Shown here: piece after piece, positions 23,901-36,752 of the stretch
Position numbering within the stretch: the stretch's first letter is position 1
How the letters are laid out: every line of letters starts with the position of its first letter
Assembly (NCBI GenBank): GCA_963514005.1
Contig: OY740797.1
Location: 42,656,001-42,720,000 of the forward strand
Source of the DNA: Raja brachyura
Lineage: Eukaryota
Reading direction: 5' to 3'
Length of the DNA: 64,000 nucleotides
Translations under genes and position numbers: made by a program
Notes under the pieces: model-generated
What the model was told of the DNA's origin: nothing
What the model saw: the letters and a program-made list of their open reading frames with translations, nothing else
Databases searched by the model: none

Positions 23901-26900
23901 CTGTGTCTCATGTGTTTGCATCTTAACCAGTCAGCAAGTGTTTTTCAAACAGCCTTAGTATATTTTTTCAGTAATTAGCAACAAGTAAAATAAAATATAT
24001 TTGCTTTAGAATTGTGCTGGTAATCTGTGGCTATTTTACTTACTCCTGTTCAGTTATGTTTCTAAATTTTGCATAAAAATATAAAAATATTCACACTGCA
24101 CAGTTTGTCACTGAAAGAAATAGAATCACTTAGTGAGAAATGAAAAACTAGGCAAGTGATGTTGTGCACTTCAGCTTCACTCTATCCTGCTACTTCTGCA
24201 TTCACTGTAAAACACTGAATGCCAATATAAAAGAAATCACAAAGAATTATTCATGACATTTCTTTGGTTTATACAATTCTCCTGTCTTACGTTTAGATAA
24301 AAAATGGGGTCATCTTTATTGCTGTGTGAATTTGATCACATCATTGTAACAGAAAATAATTTACTTTTTAACCCTTTGAGGTCTTTGGCAGTTCTCTCAA
24401 AACGAAGAGCAGAAAATAAACAAATTGCAAATGCAAACGCCTTCTTGCTGTTCAAAGCTTCTGGGGTGTAAAATTTATTTTTGGTTTGTTTGTGTGCTAG
24501 AATTGCAGCCTCTTATTTGTATTGCAGTTAGAAGTGACAATTTAGGGGTGTTTTGTATCCACAAAGAAAAGTCAATTTTCAGGAGCTGAGCAAATATAAA
24601 TGTCAATACCAACTGACCTTCCATCATTAATGTTTGGCAGGTTATATAAAATGTGTGTTTAACTGAAGGATTTAATTGTCTTTATTATCAGGACAGTTCA
24701 CAACTCTCATGGTGATTTGTATGTTGGCTCGTATTAGAAACATGCATACATCCATTGCCATTAACAATATCTCAGAACTATTTAAATAGTTACCAAAACA
24801 TTAAAAAATAATAATGTAAATGCCTCAAGAAGTTTACTGCAGATTGTTTTTAAAAGATATTTGGTAATTCTTTACATAAAACCATAAATATAATGCAATT
24901 CAGGAAATATTTTTATAACCTTGAAATAATCTACTGGGACTTGAGCAATGTTAAAAAAAAATGATTTTGTTTGAATGAAAAGGAAGTTATACCTCAATTT
25001 GGTGCATAGAGAGAAGGCTTTGAATATAGATGTATTAGCAATTTTATTTCACTTTATAAATATTAAACTGGAGCATTAGTTTGGTCTGTGGAATTGTCAT
25101 ACAAAATCAACCTACAGAACATTTGGCCCATTTTCATTTTGCACGGCTTTGGGAAAATATATATATTTTAAATACAAAGGAAATAGCGTTGAAATATTGG
25201 AACATGTTACGTAACACATAGGTAAAATCCATGGCTCATTCTGTGACAGTGAAAAATTCAAAGTTCAAAAAACTTTGCAATTGAGAATTAGGTTTATAAT
25301 CATTCTTTTAACTCACTCCATATTCTACAATATTGGAAATGCGTCAGTCATAATTAGATGGAGGAATGCTTAAAATATCTTCAGATGTACTGATAGGAAA
25401 TATATGGAGTATGTGGTAAATATGCATGTTTCTTAAAAGTAAAATAAACAATTAAATATTTAGTGTAGAATACTTTCACGTTCATTTAACGTTGTGTAAT
25501 CCTATTGTGAACTATGAATAGTCACTAAAATCGATTGGGTCTAAAGAAATTAAAACTAATTTTAATAAAGATACTTCAAAATTGTTTAAATTAAGTTTGT
25601 TTTTAGGTTACAGTCTGTTTAAATGTGTTTCATTTTGGTATGACTCCTTTCAGCTGCAATGGGTTAGTGTGTGATGATTACATCTTCAAACATCCTTTGT
25701 CCATTTCATCTCTGCCTACTACTTTAGGGCTGAAAAGGTCCCTGTACTTTTTCTGGTCACATTTGTGTGTAAGATGAATTTTTGGGGGGGAAACAGTGTT
25801 GAAGAATAAATATTTATCGGAGCACAGCAATAAGTGAGGTCATTTGGTAAACGCCAGTCAAGTCGATTTGAAGGCAGAAGACAGCTCCCTGCCCAAAGGA
25901 CAACTCAGCAGTGTTTTAAGGGGATAGAGACCATGCAATGGAAATAACGCAGATTTAGAAAAACAGAACAAGGGATATTGGGGAGGACAACAAGACCCCC
26001 CTACTATTGTCATTAAGCTAGGAGTTATAAAACAGGTACCATTCTAACAGCTAATGCTTCCAACACTTTATTTACCTTCTGATCAAGCACAGGGAAGATG
26101 ATAGGGAAAGTCAGTCATTAATTATTGCCTTTAAAATCTTGTTGATATCAACACAGTTTCCTTTGCAGATTGAAAATAGATGCAAAATGGAGTGGTTGAA
26201 AATCGTGCACCTTGAATTCCACAAGCAGGATAGTAATTGGGCAGAGACAGAAATTACTTTCCTCTAGTTATCAAAAATAAAGCACACATTTAAATCTTGG
26301 TTTGTAAAGTAACTTTACTTACTCATTTGGACAAAGTAAGCAATATGCACCAGTGCTTACTTCCTTATTCCAATTTGCACCTGTCTGTCTAGCCCCTTTT
26401 GACAACTGGCTGTGCCAATTTTGTTGTCTTCCTAGGAAGGGTGAGGGGAGAAAACACTTTTCTTATCATAACTCTTGGCCCTTGAAATGCCATAAGCAGT
26501 TTCTGATATTATTAGCAGTCCAGATAAAAAAAGATCACTTGATAAATACCATATTGGAATTTCCTTCAACCAGTCATCTCGCTCCCTCTCTCAGTTGGAT
26601 AAATTTGCTATCAGTAAACAGGCAGACCTTTATAAAAGGGATAAGACTTGAGAGCGGAAAATAATATCAGCATTTATCTCAGATATTTCTTGAATATGGT
26701 CCGACTGGATTCAATCTAATTTATAAAAAAAATGAAGACAGCAGATCAAGGTCTGTATATAATCAATTGAAATGTCAATGGCTGTGAAACTGCAACATTT
26801 CCTAACAATTCATCGTCAGTAGTTAGGATCAAAGAAATTCCCCTCAGATAATTACTGTAAAATTGAGGGGCTCTGCCTCGGAAACATTTGGGCTTACTTT

Positions 26901-29900
26901 GTGAAAGTGTCTCATTTTGCAAGACTTGGGTTAAGAAGAATAAACTACCAAAAGCTGGGCTATAATTGTTGTTACATCCTTTGCATAATTTGTTTTGTTA
27001 CATTTTCTTTTTAATTCGACATAATCTCACCATTTAGTTCTTTGCCTTTGAGATTAACCTCTGTTGCTTTAAGTCCTGATGCTCCAACATAATTCCCTGG
27101 TGATAAATGATGTCTTTTCATATCCTAGAGAAGGGGAAAACGGTCTCCAGATTTGAGCTATTGAAATTATACTTCTTATCTTTCCTGCGTTTGTTTGATT
27201 ACAGCCATGTCATACCGTCTAAGAAAAATATAAAAACTGAATTTGAGTCTCTATCTCCAATCTTTAAATTGGCTTGGAGGATTTTGTTTTATATCCTCTT
27301 GTATAATAATGCCACAATACAACAGTGCAGCAACATGCAGGGAGAATTACAAAACAATCTGAGATACTGCCATGTCTTTAAAAGATTAAATGAAGGAAAT
27401 GAACAAAAACATTAATGATGGATAAGTGTGAACCCTTGCAATTTTCGTGGGTTGCCATAAAGTGACCTCACTTTATTTCTATTGTCTTCATGTTATTGTT
27501 GAAATGGCCAGTGGAGATTGAATTTGGATTTTATACGTTCCTGTGCAAACTTGGTTGTCTTATGTACACGACTTAAATGGAGCATAGACTCTTATGCAGC
27601 CATTATTGTATTATACAGCAACTCCTCTGCATAATATCCTTTGATATTGAATGTTCACTGCTGACCACATACAGACCACAAAAGACAAACAGATCTTAAT
27701 ATGTTATGGTTTATAATAATCATAGTAATTATACTATTTGTCCCCAAAACCCTTGAATTGAAAGACTCACAAGAGACCTTTACAGAAAGTTTGCTTTTCA
27801 ATGATGAGCAGTAATTAATATATATTGTTAAACTGCCTGGGAAATTCATCCTTGTGTTGTACTGCCTGGAAATATATGAGGGATGATTAAACAGTCTTAA
27901 CTTTATTTTTAACCACACACATGGCCTCCCAAGTGAAGCCTTTGAATAATTTTATAGTTCAGATGGAAACCATTTGGTCCTCCATGCCTGTGCTGGTTCC
28001 TTCAAACAACTAAGCAATTAAATACAACACCCTTATGCTTGATTTGGAGCCCAGCAATTTATATCCAAATCACTTTAAAAATGGATTAATTGCATTTCAC
28101 TTTCCATATTTGATAACAGAAAAAATTATTTGTTAAAATGTCCAATCGTATTTAGTTTCTTATTGTCACACGCACCAAGATACAGTGAAAAGCTTTTGTT
28201 TGGGTGCTATCCAGTCAGTGAAAATACTATACATGGCTGTGTAGATTGCAAAATATACCTGCAATTGTCAACGAATAGTAAGATGTTGAGATCTCCTGAG
28301 CAGAAAGCAAAAGTTCTATCCAAATGGTGGAGTGGGCAGCTAGCAAGATGATGCTCAAGTCTACAATGCCTTGCAAGCTTAGAGAATTTCCTTCTAGGTA
28401 TTCCAGTTTGATTATTTTCTGAACATATTTTTACTCCAAATCCTATGAACATCCCAGCTTATATCAGTTTAGTGGCAAATCAACTCAGTTCGGGATCCAC
28501 ATACATTTCTGAGGGCATAAAGGTAGAGGGTCGGTGGTTTGGGAATCAAATGAAATATATTCTACCGAGGGTTGTATATAGATCGATAACCAAGATATCT
28601 TGCTCACTCAGATATCTGTGGGGATGTTATACTTTTGGAAACTGTACAAGAGGAAAACACACTTGCCCCAGGATGATATTCCCAAAACAACTGGAGGTTC
28701 AGATCTTGCGGAGATATCAACAAACCTGGCAAACTCTGCTTGGCTTGCACGCAAAGTTCCAGCTGGAACTAAAGATAAACTACTGTAAGCAAAGGTGTGC
28801 GCCCTAGGGCATCAACTCAACCTGTGCTGTCCCTTTCTGTGCTTCATGCTTTCTCAATAAATCAGACAGACAACAGTGCACATTTAAACACAACACTATA
28901 TTAGTAAAGGCATCTGTTTGACACTCTGAATGGACCTCCCATGGATCTTTAGAGGACTATATCAAGTTACTTTTGGTGCTCACTGAAGCTGAGAGTCAAA
29001 ATAAATTTGTATTCTTTCAGGTTGCACCCCCTTCTAGCAGGGCACTTGGATTCAGAATTTCTCGGGAGCTTCTCTTTCGGCTCAGAATTCATGCCCGAAT
29101 GGCTTTGACCATCCTCATTTCGGCTTCTCTTCCAAAACCCCAAAGCAAACAGAATGAGTTAGAAACTGAAAGCAATAGGTGCTAGCTTCTCTCCGGGGAA
29201 GAGGATGGACCCGTCTGCTGTTTGACGTATATTGGATGCCATTTGTAAATGGTGGCCAGGAGAGACATCGAAGCAAATAGAGATACAGAACAGAAATGGG
29301 ACCCCAAATGAAGCTTGGTGACTCTCCTCCTGAATTTCCAGATTCTACAGTGGACAACACCATTGAAATCTAATGAACCGCTACATTGGTTAGAGCATCT
29401 GATTTAAACTCTGGGCAGATTTTCCAACATTCCTCATCTCAAAATATACAAGCTCAGGTCATGAAGTCTACCTTGAATGGCCTGTTTATTTTTTTGAGTA
29501 CCTTAACTGGTTGGTACAGTTTCTCCTCTCAGTTTCAATCATTATTCAATTTTATTTGTTTGCTTCAGGGTTAACTTTTCCTCCCTTTACTGCACAGCTC
29601 AACCTTGTGACTCCCTTAGGCTTTCGTTTTTAGCAGATACCATCAAAAAGGAGACATGGTAGCAAAAGCTCGTCTGTCACAGAAAGTAATGAGTGAATTG
29701 AAGAGGTAAGGATCTGTGCCGTTCACTATTCCATCACGGGAAATGATCTACTTCCACAATGTACGGGAAGAATAATGAAGGCATGTTATCATGCATAACC
29801 TTGGAGTAACAACATTGAATGTTCCAATGTGGTTGAGACTTGTCAATGCAATGGAAATGCTAAGAATAAGTATCCAGAAAACCTTCATGGAATAGATAGG

Positions 29901-30096
29901 AAATGTGTACCAAACAAATATAACAAATAAAAGAAAAATCATAGTAGGCCAAAACATATCTTGAACAGTTTGAAATGCCACAATGGCAGAGCTAGTAAAG
30001 CAGCAATTGATGTTATATCCTGACATCAAATGCTGTCTGTGTGCATATTTTTCCTTCTAATGGTTTCCCCCCAGTTTCCTTCCAAAGGTGTTAATT

Positions 30097-30381
30097 AGTT
30101 TAGTTTAGAGATGCAGCGCTGAAACAGGCCACTTCGGCCCACCAGCGATCCCCGCATATTAACACTATCCCACTATACTTTACAAATGAGGGAAAATTTA
30201 CAATTGTACCAAGCCAATTAACCTACAAACCTGTACGTCTTTGGAGGAAACTGAAGATCTCGGTGAAAACCCAGGTTAGTCACAGGAAGAACGTACAAAC
30301 TCCGTACAGACAGTCGCGATCAAACCCAGGTCTGTGGTGCTGTAAGCACTGTAAGGCAGCGACTCTACCGCTGCACCACAC
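30097..30381 (-). mobile_element. V-SINE with an 8-bp TSD, inserted into an older SINE remnant
   Basis: TGTTAATT at 30089-30096 and 30382-30389; reverse V-domain. Confidence 0.85.
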
Positions 30382-30731
30382 TGTTAATTGCCCTTGTGTG
30401 TCGGTGAGTAGTCAATCTGGAGGGAGCTAATCGTAGAGATTATAGTTTAAATTAATTGTGAGCCAGCAAAGAGTAAATTGGTAGGAATGGCTTCCATCTA
30501 CTTCATAGTAAAAAATGGAATAGAGAAATATGTTACATTTGGAATCTTATGTAGAGGGAGAGTCTTGTACAGGGAGATGTAGTTTCAAAATAAAGGGCTG
30601 CACTTTTAATGCCAGAATACGTCAAAATGTCTTCTCACAGATGGTCGTGAATAGCTGGAACTCTCCATCTCAGGGACATCTGGAGACAGGCTCATTAGAA
30701 GTAGTTAAAATGGAGGGAGGTAAACTTTAGA

Positions 30732-31055
30732 AAGTTTAGTTTAGTTCAGTTTAGTTTAGTTTAGAGATACAGCACAGAAACAGACTCTTCTGCCCACCGA
30801 GCCTGTGCCGACCAGCGATCCCAGTACACTAGCACTATCTTGCACACCAGGGACAAATTTCAATCTTTACCGAAGCCAATTAACTGCAAACCCACATGTC
30901 TTTGGAATAGGGGAGGAAACCAGAGCACCTGGGGAAAACCCAGATGGTCACGGGGAGAACGTCCAATCTCCGTACAGCCAACACCAGTAGTCAGGATTGA
31001 ACCCGGGTCTCTGGCACTGTAAGGTTGCAACTCTACTGCTGCGCCACCGTGCCGC
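30732..31055 (-). mobile_element. Full-length V-SINE with an 8-bp TSD, inside an old CR1
   Basis: ACTTTAGA at 30724-30731 and 31056-31063; (tttag)n tail; tRNA-like head at the right end. Confidence 0.9.
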
Positions 31056-31376
31056 ACTTTAGATGGGAGGAACATTGAGGATGATGGCAATCTGGCACAA
31101 CAGAGCCCAGTCTAGACTAGCCATGGCTTCATCTGGCCCCTGTTTTCATATCTATCTTCATGTTTGTGTTCAGGTCTGCCAAAGCCAATTGCCTGAAAGA
31201 GTTGGGAATACTTACTTGAAGGTCTACACGGATTTGGGAAAGAATAAACCATTTTTTAAAACCCCAAATGCCTCTTTACATGCATACTAACATATAATTG
31301 TATCTATCATTTTTCATGTTATTCTTTTTCCATGCGACTCCTTGTGATCTTCCGAACTTTTAATTTTGATACAATT

Positions 31377-31698
31377 GGGTGGCATAGTGGTGCAGTAGGT
31401 AGAGCTGCGGCCTCACAGTGCCAGAGGCCAGGGTTCGATCCTGACCTTGGGTGCTGTCTGTGTGGAGTTTGCATGTTCTCCCTGTGACACGTGGCTTTCC
31501 TCCGGGAGCTCCGGTTCCCTCCCTCATCCCAAAGAGGTGTGGGTCTGTGGGTTAATTGGCCTTGATAAGCCAGAGCTAGTGTATAGGGAGTGGATAAGAT
31601 GTGGGATAGCATGGAGCTAGTGTGGACAGGTGATTGATGGTTTGGCATGGACTCGGTGGACCGAAGGGCCTGTTTCCATGCTGTATGTCTAAACTAAC
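31377..31698 (+). mobile_element. Full-length V-SINE
   Basis: A-box TGGTGCAGTAGG, B-box GGTTCGATCC, V-domain, CR1-like tail. Confidence 0.9.
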
Positions 31699-32029
31699 TT
31701 TATATAAAACAGAAAATGCTGGAAATACTCATCAGGTTGGGCAGCTTCTATGGAGAATGCACTAGAGTTAATATTTAGGTTGATCAGAGCAGGGAATAGT
31801 TAGAAATTGAGCCTGTTTTACTTTCTAGGGATTCAAGGCAGATGGACAGAAGTTAAAATATCCCTTTTATAGTGGAGGTTGGGATAGACTGAAAGGCACA
31901 AAAGATGGCGGTGCTGGCTAAAAGATGGTGGCGTAGATTTATAAATTGCAACCAAAGGAGATGTAAATAAGAGGAGATGAATAGCAACGGAGAAAAAAAA
32001 TGGCAGAACCTGAGGGCCTGAAGGTCTGA

Positions 32030-32490
32030 GTCGGGACTTGAGGGCTTAACTTACAGGGCGAGGTTGGGAAGGTTCAGACTTTATTCCTTGGAGCGTAGGA
32101 GTCTGAAGGGTGATCTTGTTGAGGTGTATAAGATCATGAGGGGAACAGATAGGGTGATTGCTCAGAGTCATTTACCCTTTGGGAAATCAGGACCCAGAGG
32201 ATATTGGTTTAAGCTGAGAGGGGAAAGATTTAATAGGAACCCAAGAGGCTACATTGACACACAGAGGGGGTGGGTTTATGGAATGAGCTACCAGAGGAGG
32301 TAGCTGAGGCCTGTACTATAACACCATTTAAAAGACTTTTCGACATGTACACGGATAGGAAAGGTTTAGAGGGATATTGGCCAAAAAACAGGCAGGTGGG
32401 ACTAGCGAGGATGGGGCATCTTGGTCAGCAAGGACAAGTTGGGTTGAAGGGCCAGTTTCCATGCAACGTGACTCTGTGACCCTATGACTT
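32030..32490 (+). mobile_element. CR1 LINE 3' end
   Basis: LYSLERRSLKGDLVEVYKIMRG; WNELPEEV. Confidence 0.9.
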
Positions 32491-33114
32491 TAACTGCAAA
32501 ATACATTGTAGTTATTGGAAGTCCAAAGCAAGAAAGGATCCTGAAATATCCGGCAGACAAGCAGCGTCTGTGGAGAGAAAAATAAAATGAGTTGATTTTA
32601 AAGATCAATATCAGTCTGACCCAAACTAAAAAGGCTGATTATCTAAAATTGTTGAATAAAGTTTTGAGTCCCTGGAATCACACATGTCAAGTTGGAAGAT
32701 GACATCTTGTTACTTAAGTTTACATTTGGCCATGTTGAGAGGCTAAAGACGGCGACTTCAATTAGAAGGAGATTTAAAGTGCGAGACTCTCACGCACTTA
32801 ACCAAAGCCTCCTACAAAGTGGTTCCCCACTCTGCATTTGGTTTCTCCTGTATGGAGACCACAAAGTGAGTACAAAATACAAGTGAAATGGGAAAATTGT
32901 AAGTGAATTGAGTTACTTGTATTTCTTCAAGTTCAAAGTGATATGTTCCTGGTACGTTAATTCTCCACCTCACACCGACTCCGAATTCTTTGCCCTGGTC
33001 TTTTACACTGTTGCAAAAAAGAGTAAACTTGAGGAGCATCAGCTCTTCCTCCATCTAGACAGGTCACAATCTTCAGGATGAAGTTGAGGGTCAGATAACC
33101 AACCTTTTCAGTTT

Positions 33115-33250
33115 ATGTAGAGGAAGGAACTGCAGGTGCTGTTTTAAACTAAAGATAGACACAAAGTACTGGAGTAATTCAGCGGGACAGGGAGCATCTC
33201 TGGAGAGAAGGAATGGATGACATTTCGGGTCGAGACCCTTCTCCAGATTG
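33115..33250 (-). mobile_element. Penelope pseudo-LTR unit with a degenerate hammerhead
   Basis: gacatttcgggtcgagacccttctccag. Confidence 0.8.
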
Positions 33251-33869
33251 ATACAGGGGAGTGAGTGAGTTTCTCCCTCAATTTCCTCCCTCAACTCCTT
33301 CCGTATTTGAGGATGAATCCCCGAAGAACTTGATGTCTTGTCTTCCCTCAGCTTTACTAATTTATCAAATTTTTCCTTTGATCCATCAGAAATTTGTTCA
33401 TCTGCCCTCATCACTTCAGGATTCACCTCCCCTCTGAAATCCTTCTCTCTGGTAAAAGACCGATGTAAAGTACTTATTAAAAAACATTTTTTGATCATCC
33501 TCTACAAATTGGCAATCCTCTCGATTCTGAGGTCCCACCTCACTTTTAACAATTCTCTTTTTACTGATGTATCGTACAAATAAATCAGTGAAAGGGAAAA
33601 ATGCAAAAATTCTAGTGTAGTTTTGTTGAAGGCTGCATTTGGGACCCCTGGAACATATTCCTCAGAAGTTAAGAAAAGAACACAGAGGACAGCTGAATAT
33701 TAAAGAAAATCATGGTTAATTTAAAAAATCACATCGCTTCGAAAGTATGCAGCAAGGTCATTAATGCTTCTAAAATGTTCGCTCATGTTGATATAATTGC
33801 CACATCTATTTAGAGCAAAGAATGCAACACAAGACAGAAATGAGTTTTCTCAGACATTACAGAGGGAAA

Positions 33870-34320
33870 GAGACTGTTTATTTGTCAAATGCACTGAATA
33901 TGACATTCTTATTTGCTGCAGCATTCCTGACACATTAGATGCAACAACAACAGTAAATAGACAGCAAATTATCAGTAATTCTCAGTGAACCGGACCATGA
34001 TAGTACTAAACAACTGAAGTATGCAGAGCAATGATAACTGTGCAAAGACTGTAGTGGTTCAGCGCTGAGGTAAGGATGCAGTTGGGGTTGTGCAGGGTGG
34101 TTCAAGAACCTAATAGGTCTGAAGAAGGGTTTTGGCCCGAAACGTTGCCTATTTCCTTCGCTCCATGAATGCTGCCTCACCCGCTGAGTTTCCCCAGCAC
34201 TTTTGTCTACCTAATAGTTGATGGGAGGAAGCTGTCCTTGAATCTGGAATTAACTGTCCTCAGGCTCCTGCACCTTCTTCCCGATGGTAAAAGAGAGAAG
34301 AGGGAGGCCCAGGGTAGTGT
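33870..34320 (-). mobile_element. Rex1/Babar LINE 3' end, interrupted
   Basis: LFSLLPSGRRCRSLRTVNSRFKDSFLPSTIR on the minus strand. Confidence 0.75.
34117..34208 (+). mobile_element. About 92-bp solo hammerhead-bearing unit (core 34119-34146) with a 9-bp TSD
   Basis: ACCTAATAG at 34108-34116 and 34209-34217; the insert starts gt-ctgaagaagggttttggcccgaaacgtt. Confidence 0.85.
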
Positions 34321-34329
34321 AGTCTTTAA

Positions 34330-34875
34330 TGATATAGAGTAATCTAGCACCGAAACAGGTCCTGTTAATTCGGTGCAAGATTCCCCATCTAAGCTAGTCT
34401 TGCTTGTCTGCATTTGGCCCGCATCCCTCAAAACCGTTTGGATCCATGTAGCTATCCAAATGTCTTTCAAATGTAAATGTACCTGCCACAACTGCCTTCT
34501 CCGGAAGTTCATTCCACTTATCCACCACCCTTTGTGTGAAACGGTTGCCCCTCAGGTTCCTGTAAAATCTTTCTCCTCTCACCTTAACCCGACTTGATTT
34601 CCATAACGTGGAAAAAAGACCATGCTTTCATCCCATCTATTCTCCTTGTGACTATACTCCTCCACAAGATCACCCTTCAGCCTCCTGTATCCCAAGGACC
34701 AAAGTCCTAGCCTTTCCAGCCTCTCCCAATAGCCCAGGTCTTTGAGTCCTGGCAACATCCTCATAATCTACTCTGTCCTCTTTCCAGCTAAATGGGCTTC
34801 TTTCCTTCACCAGGGAGACAAAAACCCGAATGCAATACTCCAAGTACAATACTCACCAATGTCTTACACTGTAAC
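34330..34875 (-). mobile_element. CR1 LINE 3' portion
   Basis: Minus-strand ORFs RMLPGLKDLGYWERLERLGL..., FTQRVVDKWNELP. Confidence 0.88.
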
Positions 34876-34879
34876 AGAA

Positions 34880-35062
34880 CATCATTGTCTGCTTTAATCT
34901 GTCCTTTTATCACCTTACATTCTCTTTGTGCCCTTCCATATCTCCAGTTTCCCTGACTCCTTACTCTCAGTCTGAAGAAGGGTCTCAACCCGCAACGTCA
35001 CCCATTCCTTCTCTCCAGAGACGCTGCCTGTCCCGCTGAGTTACTCCAGCATTTTGTGCCTA
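34880..35062 (+). mobile_element. Penelope 3' pseudo-LTR fragment with a mutated hammerhead (GCAA for GAAA)
   Basis: Similar to 39430-39616. Confidence 0.75.
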
Positions 35063-35186
35063 TCCCATCTCCTTTATTCAATTCCTTAACTGATGATGAC
35101 CAGTGTGCCCAAAGCCTTCTTAACCACACAATCTACCCATTCAACGTTGTTTCCTGGTGAACCCTTTGATAGTGGGGTGGTTAGTA

Positions 35187-35298
35187 TCAAGAAGAAGGTT
35201 AGTCTGAAGAAGGGTCTTGACCCGAAATGTCACCCATTCCTTCTCTCCAGAGATGCTGCCTGTCCCGCTGAGTTACTCCAGCTTTTTGTGTCTATCTT
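35187..35298 (+). mobile_element. Solo hammerhead-bearing unit (core 35204-35231) with a 9-bp TSD
   Basis: TGGTTAGTA at 35178-35186 and 35299-35307. Confidence 0.8.
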
Positions 35299-35329
35299 TG
35301 GTTAGTAACAATGATGGACTGTGCAATCC

Positions 35330-36200
35330 CCACCAGTTTCTGCAGCCTTCGTCAAATGACCAAACCAGACCGTGATGCTACCAATGCTCTCCATCGTACA
35401 GCTGTAGAAGTTCAACAGAGTATTCAATGACATGCTGATTTTTCTTTAAATTCTGATGAAGTACCAGCATTGATGAGCTATCTTTGCAATCACATCCATT
35501 TGACCCAAGACTGATCATCAGTGAAATGCTTGGCCAGTAAATTACAGCTGTCTCTCTACTGCCATCTCACCATTGAGGATAGTCGACTAGTCCCGTGGCT
35601 GAAGTCAACAATTAACTCCTTGGACGTGTTAACGTTGAGAGCAGGAATGATGTTCTGGCAGCACTGAACCATATTATTGATCTCCCTCCTGTGCTCTGAT
35701 TCATCATTACCGGCTATTCATCCTACGATGATGGTATCGTCCACAAGTTTATAGGTGGCATTAGAATTGCACCCGGCTGCACCTTCATGGGTGTAGAGAG
35801 AGCAGATCAGGGGATTGAACATGCAATGCAGAATGCTGATGGCCTGTTAGGAGGAGTATTGTTGCCAATCTGTAATAATTTAAGTTTGCCAAAGAGGAAC
35901 TCAAGGATCCAGTTGCATAGGATCAGATAGCAGCAGAGAGCCAATTTTGAAGAAGGGTCTTGACACGGAACGTCACCCATTCCTTCTCTCTAGTGAAGCG
36001 GCCTGTCCCGCTGACTTACTCCAGCAGTTTGTGTCCATCTATCTTCGGTTTAAACCAGCATCTGCAGTTCCTTCCCACACTCCCTCAGTTTGATGATGAG
36101 TTTGGATGAGAAGATGGTATTGAACGTTGAGCTGTAGATGATCAGCAAGCCTTACGTTCAGGTTCTTGGTGTTCAAGAGGTCCAGTGTAGAGTAATGAGC
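35330..36200 (-). mobile_element. Degenerate Rex1/Babar RT fragment, interrupted by a pseudo-LTR unit at about 35948-36080
   Basis: Similar to 51850-52266 (ctgattcatca..tcctacgatgatggtatcgtc). Confidence 0.6.
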
Positions 36201-36254
36201 AGAGAGATCACACCCATGTTAAACATATTAACTTAGGACACACTTCATGTGAGA

Positions 36255-36752
36255 GAGAGTACAGAGGAGATTTACTAGAATGTTGCCTGGGTTCCAGCAA
36301 CTAAGTTACAGAGAAAGGTTGAACAAGTTAGGTCTTTATTCTTTGGAGCGCAGAAGGTTAAGGGGGGACTTGATTGAGGTCTTTAAAATGATGAAAGGGA
36401 TAGACAGAGTTGACGTGGATAAGCTTTTTCCCATTGAGGGTAGGGAAGATTCAAACAAGAGGGCATGACATGAGAATTAAGGGTCAGAAGTTTAGTGGTA
36501 ACATGAGGGGGAACTTCTTTACTCAGAGAGTGGTGGCTGTGTGGAATGATCTTCCTGCAGAAGTGGTGGAGGCAGGATCGATTTTAACATTTAAAAGTAA
36601 AGTGGATAGGTATATGGACGGGAAGGGAATGGAGGGGTGTGGTCTGAGTGCAGGTAGATTGGACTAGAGGAAAATAAATGGTCGGCACGGACTGGAAGGG
36701 CCGAGAAGGCCTGTTTCCGTGCTGTAATTGTTATATGGTTATATGGTTATAT
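36255..36752 (+). mobile_element. CR1 LINE 3' end (relatively young)
   Basis: LSYRERLNKLGLYSLERRRLRGDLIEVFK; (TTATATGG)n tail. Confidence 0.92.

Noticed and set aside
26081-26091. 11-nt match to the reverse complement of the miR-218 5' end
   Set aside because: The rest of the mature sequence and a precursor hairpin are absent; expected by chance
31377-31450. tRNA gene
   Set aside because: The A and B boxes belong to a SINE head followed by the V-domain; no complete cloverleaf
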